64,000 nucleotides of DNA from Candidatus Woesearchaeota archaeon (GCA_003650545.1 QMQO01000001.1:4845-68844); one strand, 5' to 3'. Counted from the stretch's first letter, positions 9,577-18,679 are shown. Notes: generated by a model from the letters alone, not told the origin. Numbers and translations: made by a program.

Positions 9577-9804
9577 AAGTAAAAGGCTAAGTTAAAATGA
9601 GAAAACCAAAATGATAAACTAAAAAATGCTAAAAACTAATGATGGTTAAAAAATAAGAAAAAAAATATGATTAAAAAATAAGAAAAATAAGAAAAAATTT
9701 GAAAAAATACAAAGAAAAGAAATCAAAAAGCAAGCTAATAAAATTGTATAGAAAGTATAAAAGATTAAAAAAATCAAGAAAAAAATGAAATTAAAGGAAG
9801 AGAA

Positions 9805-10308
9805 ATGAAACTGTTGAAAAGTAAACGAGGAATAACCGAGTTAGTGATGAAGTGGGTAGTAAGACTTATAATGGTGGTTGTAGTGTTATTTGCACTTAAC
9901 TTTATACTACAAAATGCTTACAAACAAAAACTAGACTATGGATGTCTGAGGGCAGATGTGTTGACCTATCGTTTAATGTATGGAAAAAATTTGATGATGT
10001 ATACTGATGATGTGACAGGCAGAGTGTATACCGGAATAATTGATTTAGAGGAGTTTAGAAAAAAAAATTTACTAGATGATGCAATGGGTGGTGGTATCAC
10101 GACTATCGCGATAGAAGCTTTGTTGAAGTATAAAGATGAGTCTGGTGAGGATAAAACAGAGAGTTTATATTTTAATAAGGATTTTTACGAGACAGTGAAA
10201 AGTTCTACTACGAGAAGAAATCAGCATCTTTTTTTTGTGAAGGTCAAAGATGGTGATAGGTTCTATGATGGTATTTTAGATATAACTGTGTTTGACTTTT
10301 CAAGATGA
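9805..10308 (+). CDS. small pilin-like protein
   Basis: N-terminus MKLLKSKRG/ITELVMKWVVRLIMVVVVLFALNFIL. Size (167 aa) is typical of a pilin subunit. The 4-nt overlap with the next gene suggests coupling. Confidence 0.6.
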   Translation: MKLLKSKRGITELVMKWVVRLIMVVVVLFALNFILQNAYKQKLDYGCLRADVLTYRLMYGKNLMMYTDDVTGRVYTGIIDLEEFRKKNLLDDAMGGGITTIAIEALLKYKDESGEDKTESLYFNKDFYETVKSSTTRRNQHLFFVKVKDGDRFYDGILDITVFDFSR

Positions 10309-10730
10309 TACGAAAAATGCATAAAAAAGGTATTTCGGAGATGTTTATGTTAGTGGTGGTTATATTCATCTTGTTTGCTTATTTCATGATATTCTTTTCA
10401 ATAATAGGTTTGACATTTGAGGAGAATAAACGCGAAATCAAAGCAGAGTTTTCTGCAAAGTTCAACGAAACAAATTTTGTAAATATATTGCGTGCTGGTA
10501 CAATTTATGGAGATTTTGCAGAGCTAATTGCTTTTGCTTGTTTTGACGGGAATTATGAAGATAAGTTGGGGAATGTAAAAGACAGACTTGTAGATAAAAA
10601 TCTCTTTAAAGCTATGTCAATTAAATGTGATAATGGAAAAAATATTGACTATGGTGCAGGTTTCCGGGGTTATAGGATTCAAATTCCTTCATTGAATAGA
10701 AAAATAATAAATGTGTATTTTATAAGCTAA
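10305..10730 (+). CDS. small pilin-like protein
   Basis: N-terminus MIRKMHKKG/ISEMFMLVVVIFILFAYFMIFFSIIG. Product is 141 aa. Confidence 0.6.
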   Translation: MIRKMHKKGISEMFMLVVVIFILFAYFMIFFSIIGLTFEENKREIKAEFSAKFNETNFVNILRAGTIYGDFAELIAFACFDGNYEDKLGNVKDRLVDKNLFKAMSIKCDNGKNIDYGAGFRGYRIQIPSLNRKIINVYFIS

Positions 10731-10770
10731 ATTAAGATTTGTAAGCTGAACAAAAGGCTAAAGAGCTAAA

Positions 10771-12225
10771 ATGAACAGAAAAGCAGCAATAGGGTTGTTT
10801 GAAGTTGGCTTTATGATGGTTGTTGTTCTATCACTGACAATAATGTCTGTTGCTTTGTTGAATAAGATAAACAAAGTGCATGTTATTGGTAAAAAACAAG
10901 CTGCATTGATTGAAGCTTACAAAGAAGGGGAGAAGACGCTGCTTTATATAGATGAAGCTACAAGTCTGGCTGCAAAGCAAACTATATATGACCTGGCAAA
11001 GTTGGCTGGCTTCAACCTACCAAAAGAATGTGGTGCGTATCTTGGTGTACCAAAGTGGCATGCACCTAGATGGGAAAATGGAAAATTCAAGGGAATGCAA
11101 TACTGTGAACCTGAAACAGAAGAGTTAGAAAATGACTTTATCAAAATGTTTAACTTAGCGTTTGCAGAGTATGCAGCTGAATTTTCCAGTAAAAATCTGC
11201 ATGTTAAGGTTCCGTTAGATAATCACGATATTGTGCTTATGCCAATTGAAAATAAAAATTCTATGGATATAATAGGTATTTCAAAGAAGCCTATACTGAT
11301 CAGTATTTTAAAAGATGCTATTGGCGCTGACACAGCAGGCTTGCTGAGGAAAACAACAATTAATGTAGATAGTGTTGATTATGATGTGGTGGTGTTGGCA
11401 GGAGAAACACATGAAGATGTAGTAAAAACAATATCACTAGATCTTGTAAAATGTTATAAGGATTCAAAAACAGATCCAAATGCTTGTAAGAATAAGCGGT
11501 ATATTGTGCGTAATGAGGTCACTAAAAATGATATAGAAGAATTCTTGAGTGATGAAGAAAATTTAATTAAAAACAGTATTGACAAACAGACTGCAAAAGA
11601 GCTTATAGGGAATAAATATTTTGTCTTTCCTACAACACAAATAACAGACGATAAAATTGAAACAAATTATATTTATGATTTCAAGGTTGAAAGAGGCAGG
11701 GTTACAGTGTCTCGTTCAAAACAGCTGCCTCTGGTGTGGCCAACAGATTATAATGTGGTAACCTCTTGTTATGGAAACAGAAAAATTTCTGGAAGAGCAA
11801 GCAAATTCCATAGAGGAGTAGATATCAGAGCAGGAGCCGGCGATAATATATACGCTATTGCTGATGGGAGTGTTACTTATGTTGGTTGGAAGGGAGGATA
11901 TGGAAATACTGTTCAAATTGATCATGGTAATTTTGTTTCGCTATATGGACATAATAAAGAGATAAAAGTTAGGAAAAATCAGAAGGTTAAGGCAGGCGAG
12001 GTGATTGCTCTTGCAGATAAAACTGGCGTGAGCAAAGGAGATCATCTACACCTTTCGATATATGTTGATGGAGAAGCCAAAGATCCTCTTGAATTTTATA
12101 TGCAACATCTCGGTAGTTTAGACGTGCTGGGACTGAGATTTGTAAAAAGAAGCAATTGCGTATACTATTTGGAAAAAAACAAATATGCGTATGCAGATTA
12201 TATTGAAGCAAATCAGGTAGGTTAA
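10771..12225 (+). CDS. M23 family metalloendopeptidase (peptidoglycan endopeptidase type) with pilin-like N-terminus
   Basis: C-terminal KFHRGVDIRAGAGDNIYAIADGSVTYVGWKGGYGNTVQIDHGNFVSLYGH...GDHLHLSIYVDGEAKDP carries the HxxxD and HxH zinc motifs of M23. N-terminus is MNRKAAIG/LFEVGFMMVVVLSLTIMSVALL. Confidence 0.85.
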   Translation: MNRKAAIGLFEVGFMMVVVLSLTIMSVALLNKINKVHVIGKKQAALIEAYKEGEKTLLYIDEATSLAAKQTIYDLAKLAGFNLPKECGAYLGVPKWHAPRWENGKFKGMQYCEPETEELENDFIKMFNLAFAEYAAEFSSKNLHVKVPLDNHDIVLMPIENKNSMDIIGISKKPILISILKDAIGADTAGLLRKTTINVDSVDYDVVVLAGETHEDVVKTISLDLVKCYKDSKTDPNACKNKRYIVRNEVTKNDIEEFLSDEENLIKNSIDKQTAKELIGNKYFVFPTTQITDDKIETNYIYDFKVERGRVTVSRSKQLPLVWPTDYNVVTSCYGNRKISGRASKFHRGVDIRAGAGDNIYAIADGSVTYVGWKGGYGNTVQIDHGNFVSLYGHNKEIKVRKNQKVKAGEVIALADKTGVSKGDHLHLSIYVDGEAKDPLEFYMQHLGSLDVLGLRFVKRSNCVYYLEKNKYAYADYIEANQVG

Positions 12226-14490
12226 ATGAAAAAACATCTGATCAGGAATGGAATGTTTGTACTGCTAATGTTGATAATGTTTGGCGGAATGATTTTGTGG
12301 TTTACAGAAGACAATGGCTCTAATCAGGTTACAGGAATGGTTGATTTGAACAAAGATGCAATTGATAGAATCGCACAATACGATGACATCATTAAGAAGG
12401 CAGCTCACAAGTTTAACGTGCCAGAGAGTTTGATCAAGGGCACTATTTATGTAGAATCTAGAGGAAATTATAAAGCAATATCAAAAAGGCCCGCGTATGA
12501 GGGCGGTGGTTTGTGTGGAGCAGTCGGCCTGATGCAATTAATGCCTTTGACTGCGTATAAGTACGGCAAGGATTATGGTTTAACAGTTCTATTCGAAGAT
12601 TCTCGTGATGCAAAATGTAATCCTGCTATGGCAAGAAGGTTGTACGATGCGATTCAAGGAAAGAGTGACGAAGATATCTTTCGGATGGATAATCGTTTCG
12701 ACCCTGAAAAAAACATCTATGCTGGAACTAATTATTTGGCTTATATGCTTCATACAAAATATGCAGGTGACCCAGAAGCTTACGCAAAAACAATGATAGA
12801 ATATAATTCTGGTATCTCCTGTAAAGAAAAAACAGTTGAAGAGTGTCGTGCTAGTTTAACAAAACAGACAAGTGATTATTTTGATTTTGTGTTGGATGTT
12901 ATAAGTGAATATGAAGGTGGCATCTTGCCAATCTCGGTCGCGCCACCAACCTATGCAAGCTATGTCAATAGAATCTATGAAACAACAGGCGTCTATCTGG
13001 TAGATCCATCTTTTAGAACCAGAGTAGATTTTGACTTTGGGGTTTATAAAAAAGCATTTGAAGAGTTTAAGAAGGTTGAAGAAGTGTGCGGGAAGTTCGA
13101 TAAGCAGAAAAAGTTTGACGATTGCGTAAAACAAGAAACAGAAAAGCTTGGTGGAGGTCTCAGGTGGGGTGTGGTTGGTGATGGTGTCAGTGATGAAGAC
13201 AAACTGATTAAGTTTGCAAAGCAGTACGAGCAATGCTTATCATCTTTAGATCATTTTTGTTATTGCGATCTTGATGTTCCTGACGGTTATGAGATCTATA
13301 CTGAGCAGGAAGCTCAGAACGAAGACGGTTTCTACAGATTTAAGTTGTTGAAGGATGGTAAAGTTGTTTATGCTAATAACGATTATGGGGTAATTCACGC
13401 ATTATGTATATATTCAAATCATAAGATAGAAAAAGTAAACAACCTTAGATTAAGCGATAATAAGGTTGTTGTTGGAAATAAAAATGAAGAAAAAGATGTT
13501 GATAGACTCAGAATGGTTAAATACATAGATGATAACTATGAGTTATTATCGTGTATAAGCGTAGAAAAACAAAAGCCTTTGGATTTACATGAATGCAGAA
13601 AAGCACCTATAAGAACCGCACTCATAAAAGCGAAAACAGGCCTTAGCTTATATGTGTCGGATGGTGTAAATGTTAAAGAAGAAGAGGTAGTCATAAATTT
13701 TGCTTATGATATTCCTGACGAGGTTGGACCTTCAAATGAACTGGCAATCAATGCTATAGATGAGTTTAGGGCTGAAGGCTCGGTTATGTTGAGTTGGCGA
13801 GATTCCCCAGACACAGACACAATAAAATATCTTGTTTATTATGGGAAAGGTTCTGTTTCTATTACAGAAGAACAAAACCCGCAACTAGAGGTTGTTGTTG
13901 CTGATATTCCTGAGAAAAATCTTTATTATGATTTAAGTGAAGATGCTAGGCCTGTTAAAGATAAACCAAATGAATTTGTTGTAGAACGTGTACCAGGCAG
14001 AGCTGATGACATTTCTCTAGAACATAATGAACCATATTACTCTTTCAAAGATAATAGGTATCATGTTATTATAGACAACTTAGAGGATGGTGTAGAGTAT
14101 AGCTTTGTAGTAGTACCTGTAGATATTTGGGGCAACAAGAATTTAGTTGTAGAAGAAGGCAAAAATATGATTAAAATTATACCTGAAGATGATTTACCTC
14201 CTGCTGCAATAGATTTCAGTGTTGCTTCAGATGGAACCGTTGCTTGGAATGTTGATTTAAAGAATTTAAAGAATGATGATGGTAGCGAGCTAGTAGATCT
14301 TCAGAATGTCTATGTGTATGAGAGTCCTAAGCCTTTTAGCTATATGGATATACCGAAAATGAATAAATATCGCACTCCAGTAAGTGGAAAGATGTATAAG
14401 GCGAGTAAGGGTCGTTATGTGGCTGTTGTTGCCAGAGATGAAACCGATCATGTCAGTAGATATATAAATATGATCTTATTAAAAAAGTAA
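12226..14490 (+). CDS. soluble lytic transglycosylase (SLT/GH23) domain protein with C-terminal FN3-like repeats
   Basis: The region PESLIKGTIYVESRGNYKAIS...AVGLMQLMPLTAYKYG...YAGTNYLAYML matches the SLT catalytic Glu-Ser and GLMQ motifs. C-terminal segments such as SVMLSWRDSPDTDTIKYLVYY and YSFVVVPVDIWGNKN look FN3-like. N-terminal anchor is MKKHLIRNG/MFVLLMLIMFGGMILWF. The start abuts the M23 gene stop. Confidence 0.85.
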   Translation: MKKHLIRNGMFVLLMLIMFGGMILWFTEDNGSNQVTGMVDLNKDAIDRIAQYDDIIKKAAHKFNVPESLIKGTIYVESRGNYKAISKRPAYEGGGLCGAVGLMQLMPLTAYKYGKDYGLTVLFEDSRDAKCNPAMARRLYDAIQGKSDEDIFRMDNRFDPEKNIYAGTNYLAYMLHTKYAGDPEAYAKTMIEYNSGISCKEKTVEECRASLTKQTSDYFDFVLDVISEYEGGILPISVAPPTYASYVNRIYETTGVYLVDPSFRTRVDFDFGVYKKAFEEFKKVEEVCGKFDKQKKFDDCVKQETEKLGGGLRWGVVGDGVSDEDKLIKFAKQYEQCLSSLDHFCYCDLDVPDGYEIYTEQEAQNEDGFYRFKLLKDGKVVYANNDYGVIHALCIYSNHKIEKVNNLRLSDNKVVVGNKNEEKDVDRLRMVKYIDDNYELLSCISVEKQKPLDLHECRKAPIRTALIKAKTGLSLYVSDGVNVKEEEVVINFAYDIPDEVGPSNELAINAIDEFRAEGSVMLSWRDSPDTDTIKYLVYYGKGSVSITEEQNPQLEVVVADIPEKNLYYDLSEDARPVKDKPNEFVVERVPGRADDISLEHNEPYYSFKDNRYHVIIDNLEDGVEYSFVVVPVDIWGNKNLVVEEGKNMIKIIPEDDLPPAAIDFSVASDGTVAWNVDLKNLKNDDGSELVDLQNVYVYESPKPFSYMDIPKMNKYRTPVSGKMYKASKGRYVAVVARDETDHVSRYINMILLKK

Positions 14491-14691
14491 AATGAATAAT
14501 AAAATGAATTTTTAAAGCGCATATACAATGAGCTGGTTTTGCTAATTTTGGGTTGAAACTAAATAGAAATAGGATGTCTTTAAAATTAGAGATAAAATGT
14601 TTTTTTGATGTGTGTTTGATGTATGGACCTTTCTTAATAAAATTTTTAAAACCAAAATAAAAACAAGATAAAAATAAGATTCAAAATAGAT

Positions 14692-14967
14692 TCACGCAAA
14701 TGAACCCACTATACTAACTACGCTGCCAATTACAACTGCTGTTATTATAACTATAGCTACTCCAATTGCTATACCAACTATACTACAAACCAAACCAGCA
14801 ATTGCCATTCCCTTTCCTTCTGCTTGTCTTGCTTTGATCTTCTTCAATGCAACTAATGATAACACTAGGCCAACTATTCCGCAAATAATTGCGATAAACC
14901 ATGCCCAAGAAAATACTATGGACACTATACCTAGCACCATCCCTGCAATAGCCAATCCTTTTCCCAT
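14692..14967 (-). CDS. small integral membrane protein with internal duplication (DUF4190-like)
   Basis: Two repeats, GKGLAIAGMVLGIVSIVFS... and GKGMAIAGLVCSIVGIAIG..., each followed by a hydrophobic helix. Confidence 0.55.
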   Translation of the reverse strand: MGKGLAIAGMVLGIVSIVFSWAWFIAIICGIVGLVLSLVALKKIKARQAEGKGMAIAGLVCSIVGIAIGVAIVIITAVVIGSVVSIVGSFA

Positions 14968-15082
14968 TGTTTATACCTCCTTTTTTTGAGTTATTAGTGA
15001 AGAATAATTAAAATAATATTTAAAATTTGTGTAAAGTTGCTATAAGAATTAACAGAATTAACATATTTCTCTTGTCCATTAT

Positions 15083-16882
15083 TTACCCTTCTAGACCCAA
15101 GCTTTTTACAATCAATCTAGAATCAAACTCAGTTAGATCATCATATCCTTGGCCAGTACCAAGATATAAAATTGGTTTTTTTGTTACATAGCTTATCGAA
15201 ATGGCAGCACCACCTTTGTCATCAACATCTGCCTTTGATAGAATTATTCCATTAACATTTGTAACTTTGCTAAACTCTTTTGCCTGTTCAACACAGTCAT
15301 TTCCTGTGATGCTCTCGCCAATAAAGATTGTGATGTCTGGCTTGCTCACGCGAATAACCTTGGCAAGCTCTTCCATCAAGTTGATGTTACTGTGTTGTCT
15401 TCCAGCAGTGTCTATTAGCACAACATCCATTGCTTTTGCCTTTGCATATTTAATGGCGTCAAATGCTACAGCTGCGCTATCTGCTCCGTAATCATGTTTG
15501 ATCACCTTTACACCAACCTTTTTTGCGTGTTCTTCCAGCTGATCAATAGCAGCTGCACGGAAAGTATCGCCAGCTGCGATTACAGGCAATAAACCTTCTT
15601 TCTTAAACAAATTGGCTAGTTTCGCTATTGTGGTTGTTTTGCCAGATCCATTTACACCAACAAAACAGATCACATAAGGTTCGCCCTTTTCTTTTTTTTT
15701 GCGGATATTGCTCAAGAGATTAATTTTCTCAACATCAAACAAAGATTCTATACTGTTCTTTAATGAGTTTTCTATTTTCGGCAACACCTTGCCTCGTGGA
15801 ATTGGGGTGTCAACAAGCTCTTTTTTTAGATCTTCTTTAATTTTGTCTATTACTTCGACAGCAACATTGTTCTCCAAAAGAACAACTTCTAGGTTCCAGA
15901 ATAGCTTCTCGAACTTTTCTGCACTAATTCTCTTTGTTACTATTTTTTCTTTAAGTTTTTTGAAGAACCCTGCTCTTGGTTTTTCTTTTTTTACTTTTTC
16001 TCTCATTTCGGCTTCTTCTATGTCTTCTATAATCTTTTTTTTCTCTTTTTCTTCCTTTAACCTCTCCATCTGTTCGTCTTTCTCTTTTGTTTTTTTTTCA
16101 ATTTTCTGTATTTTCAATTCCTTTCTTTCTTCGTCTCTTGTTTTTTCTAGTTCTTCAAGCTCTTGCTCCAGCCTAGTCTCAGGAATTTTTTCAATTTCTC
16201 GTTCAAGTTCTTCAACCTTTTTTTCTACTTCTTTTTTTTCTTTAACAAGCTCGTGTTTTTTCTCTTCTAATTTTTTTACTTCTTCTTCTTGACGTGAGAC
16301 TTCTTCTTTTTCTGCTTTGATTTTTTTGGGGTCTTCTTTTTCAATCATCTCACCGACTATTTGTTCCTTTTCTTCGTCGATCTGTTCTTTCTTTTGTTCT
16401 ATTTTTGAATCTAATTTTTCTATGATTTCTTCAGCATCAAGAATGATCTTTTCTTCTTTTCTCGCTTTTTTTCTATATTTTAATTTTTCTTCAATTTCAG
16501 CAAACTCATCTTTTATTTCTGGAGCAGGTATTATTTCAGCTGGTTCTGGAATTTCTTTTTTTTCTTTTTTCTCTTCTTCTTTCTTTTTAATTTCTTCGAA
16601 TTCTTTTTTATACTCTTCTTCTTTTTTCTTAAATAATTTTGAAAATAGCCCTTTTTTTTCTTTTTTTTCTTTAATAGTTTCTGTTTCTGGTTTTTTTATT
16701 TCTGTTTTTTCCCTTTCTTTCTTTTCAACAGTTTCTTTTTTTTCTTCACTTTTTTCTTTTTTAGCTTCGTCCTTCTCAATTGCCTTCTCTTCTGGGGTTT
16801 TAATCTCTTCTGCTTCTTCTTCAAAACTCTCTGAGAATTTCTTAAGACCTTTTTTGAGTTTATCACGTAAAAACTTGAACAT
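15083..16882 (-). CDS. ftsY: signal recognition particle receptor FtsY with long Lys/Glu-rich N-terminal extension
   Basis: The C-terminal NG domain has GVNGSGKTTTIAKLA, DTFRAAAIDQL, DTAGRQH and LSKADVDDKGGAAIS. Roughly the first 300 aa are K/E low complexity. Confidence 0.95.
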   Translation of the reverse strand: MFKFLRDKLKKGLKKFSESFEEEAEEIKTPEEKAIEKDEAKKEKSEEKKETVEKKEREKTEIKKPETETIKEKKEKKGLFSKLFKKKEEEYKKEFEEIKKKEEEKKEKKEIPEPAEIIPAPEIKDEFAEIEEKLKYRKKARKEEKIILDAEEIIEKLDSKIEQKKEQIDEEKEQIVGEMIEKEDPKKIKAEKEEVSRQEEEVKKLEEKKHELVKEKKEVEKKVEELEREIEKIPETRLEQELEELEKTRDEERKELKIQKIEKKTKEKDEQMERLKEEKEKKKIIEDIEEAEMREKVKKEKPRAGFFKKLKEKIVTKRISAEKFEKLFWNLEVVLLENNVAVEVIDKIKEDLKKELVDTPIPRGKVLPKIENSLKNSIESLFDVEKINLLSNIRKKKEKGEPYVICFVGVNGSGKTTTIAKLANLFKKEGLLPVIAAGDTFRAAAIDQLEEHAKKVGVKVIKHDYGADSAAVAFDAIKYAKAKAMDVVLIDTAGRQHSNINLMEELAKVIRVSKPDITIFIGESITGNDCVEQAKEFSKVTNVNGIILSKADVDDKGGAAISISYVTKKPILYLGTGQGYDDLTEFDSRLIVKSLGLEG

Positions 16883-16886
16883 GGTA

Positions 16887-17357
16887 TCACTCTTCGCTCA
16901 GTTTTAATATTGATTCTTCCATCTGCTCTATCTGGAGTGTTAAAAATGATAATGTGTCTGTAAGTTCACGCTTGTAGTTTATGAGTTCTTTAACTTGCTT
17001 GTTAATCATTTTTATTGCTTCGTCTATGCTCTTTTCGACAGTGACTTTGCTTCCAATATTGACTTTTATGTTTTTATTATCGTCAAGTTTGGCTGCTGCA
17101 AAAATACCAGGACCTACTGGTACAAGAATGTCTGTGCCTTGTTTTGTGTTCTTTATATCTTCTAATGCTTCGGTAGTTGCATTTAGTTGCTCCAGATTTT
17201 CGTCAATCTTCTTTATTTGTGCTTCTATATTATTGATTTGTTGACTGGCCATTTGCATTTCTATGTAATGTTGTTGAAGTTGCTGTTGTTTCTCTTCTTC
17301 TGTTTGCTTTGTTCCAAGCTTTGTTCCAACTTTTTTTTCATTTTTTTCTTTTGCCAT
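16887..17357 (-). CDS. pfdA: prefoldin alpha subunit
   Basis: Coiled coil, then DILVPVGPGIFAAAKLDDNKNIKVNIGSKVTVEKSIDEAIKMI, then coiled coil. It sits in the conserved position next to ftsY. Start placed at MAKEKNEKK. Confidence 0.85.
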   Translation of the reverse strand: MAKEKNEKKVGTKLGTKQTEEEKQQQLQQHYIEMQMASQQINNIEAQIKKIDENLEQLNATTEALEDIKNTKQGTDILVPVGPGIFAAAKLDDNKNIKVNIGSKVTVEKSIDEAIKMINKQVKELINYKRELTDTLSFLTLQIEQMEESILKLSEE

Positions 17358-17466
17358 TGTTATGTTAAAAAACGCTTTTTTTTGACGCATTAAAAACTTA
17401 AAAATCTGTTTTTTTTAGACGTCCTAAAAATGTTATTATCGGTAAAATGGAAATCTACAACACATT

Positions 17467-17637
17467 TTAAAGTCCCTTTAATTTTTTTGTCAGTTTTTTA
17501 TGAAATTCTTCGTATTTTTTTTCGGAATCAAAAAGTTTTAACGGGGGCCCAAGTATACTCTGTTTTTCTTCTTTATACTTCTTAAAATTTTCCTTCATTA
17601 AATATAAGAGATATTTTTTCTCGAGTTCTGTGAGCAT
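17467..17637 (-). CDS. small basic hypothetical protein (56 aa) between aIF6 and pfdA
   Basis: Below the track cutoff. Product is MLTELEKKYLLYLMKENFKKYKEEKQSILGPPLKLFDSEKKYEEFHKKLTKKLKGL. It occupies the slot where many archaea have rpLX, but the sequence does not resemble LX to my eye. Confidence 0.3.
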   Translation of the reverse strand: MLTELEKKYLLYLMKENFKKYKEEKQSILGPPLKLFDSEKKYEEFHKKLTKKLKGL

Positions 17638-17681
17638 TTTTATCTTTTTTTTACTTATATTTTATTTTTTTTTATTATTTT

Positions 17682-18356
17682 TTATCTCTTCAAAAAACCC
17701 AGTGCCATATCGGTATTCTGAATCTCTATCCCTGTAGATGCAGCGCCTATAATGAAACCATTACTATTGACTATTATTCCTGAACTGACAAATGGAACAC
17801 CGAAGTTAATAGTACCTGTATCTACACTAACATTTAATAATCTTTCTATTTTTTTCTGTTCCTGCTTTAAAATTTCAGGATGAGTAAGGCAATGGTTTTT
17901 CCTGAGTACTGCCAGAGAGCCAACAATGTTTAACTCAGCTATAGTTCCTCTCTTTACAGGGACTTTAAGCGCTTCTTTGATTTCCTTGATAGCTATGTCA
18001 GAAAACTCTGGATTGACAACACAGCCTTTGTTGTTGCAAAGTATGTTATTGCCAAGTGCTGTCAAGTGTGTTTTGATAATTTTGTATTTTATCTTTAATT
18101 TTTCAAGTGTCTTAAGCTCTTCTTCAAAAACAATCTCTGGTAGCAATAAGCAGTTTTTGTTTCCAACTGCAAATACACCTAACATATTAGTGCCACATAG
18201 TGAAAGTTTATGAATAGGAACATCAAGGATTTTTTTGATCTTGTTTTGCTCTGCTTTAGGCATGTTGTAACCTAGTAGGCAATATTTATCTGTTGTGTAG
18301 GCATAAAGACCTATGTTAGGATTGCCTTGAAAGCTTGTTTTTAGTACATGAGCCAT
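17682..18356 (-). CDS. eif6: translation initiation factor 6 (aIF6)
   Basis: N-terminus is FQGNPNIGLYAYTTDKYCLLG. The pentein-like repeat pattern, the length (224 aa) and the neighbourhood with pfdA and ftsY all fit. Confidence 0.9.
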   Translation of the reverse strand: MAHVLKTSFQGNPNIGLYAYTTDKYCLLGYNMPKAEQNKIKKILDVPIHKLSLCGTNMLGVFAVGNKNCLLLPEIVFEEELKTLEKLKIKYKIIKTHLTALGNNILCNNKGCVVNPEFSDIAIKEIKEALKVPVKRGTIAELNIVGSLAVLRKNHCLTHPEILKQEQKKIERLLNVSVDTGTINFGVPFVSSGIIVNSNGFIIGAASTGIEIQNTDMALGFLKR

Positions 18357-18430
18357 GCTATTTAGATTTTTTAACTGTTTATATAGTTTTGTTATATTTC
18401 TGTAAATGTGTGGTAGATGTGTGATAGAAT

Positions 18431-18464
18431 TCTAAGGTATCTAAGGTGTCTAAAGTATCTAACA
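18431..18464. repeat. about 4 tandem copies of a 9-nt unit (TCTAAGGTA variants) in a divergent promoter region
   Basis: Read directly: TCTAAGGTA TCTAAGGTG TCTAAAGTA TCTAACA. Confidence 0.75.
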
Positions 18465-18679
18465 TTATGGTTTATTAGTAAGGTTAGTGTACATTAGATA
18501 GAGACGATATAGATAAAAAATAGAGATAAATGGGTGCAGAAAAAAAGAAATAGGATACAGAAAAAAAAGATGGATGAATCTGTTTTAATTATCTTTATTT
18601 TAGAGTAGTGTCACAGCATTAAAAATTTATAAATTTTGATATAGTTAAAATTAAATATCTCAAAAAAATTGTTTCAAAC

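Noticed and set aside
8623-13233. Minus-strand ORFs 8623..8937, 10944..11144, 11716..11925, 11987..12211 and 12856..13233.
   Set aside because: Each lies fully within a longer plus-strand gene with clear motifs (M23, SLT) or operon context. None has motifs of its own.
15699-16907. Two long plus-strand ORFs (197 and 196 aa) rich in Ser, Phe and Leu.
   Set aside because: They lie antisense to the Lys/Glu-rich part of ftsY and pfdA. Their low-complexity S/F composition is the mirror image of AAG/GAA-rich coding sequence, and there is no independent signal.
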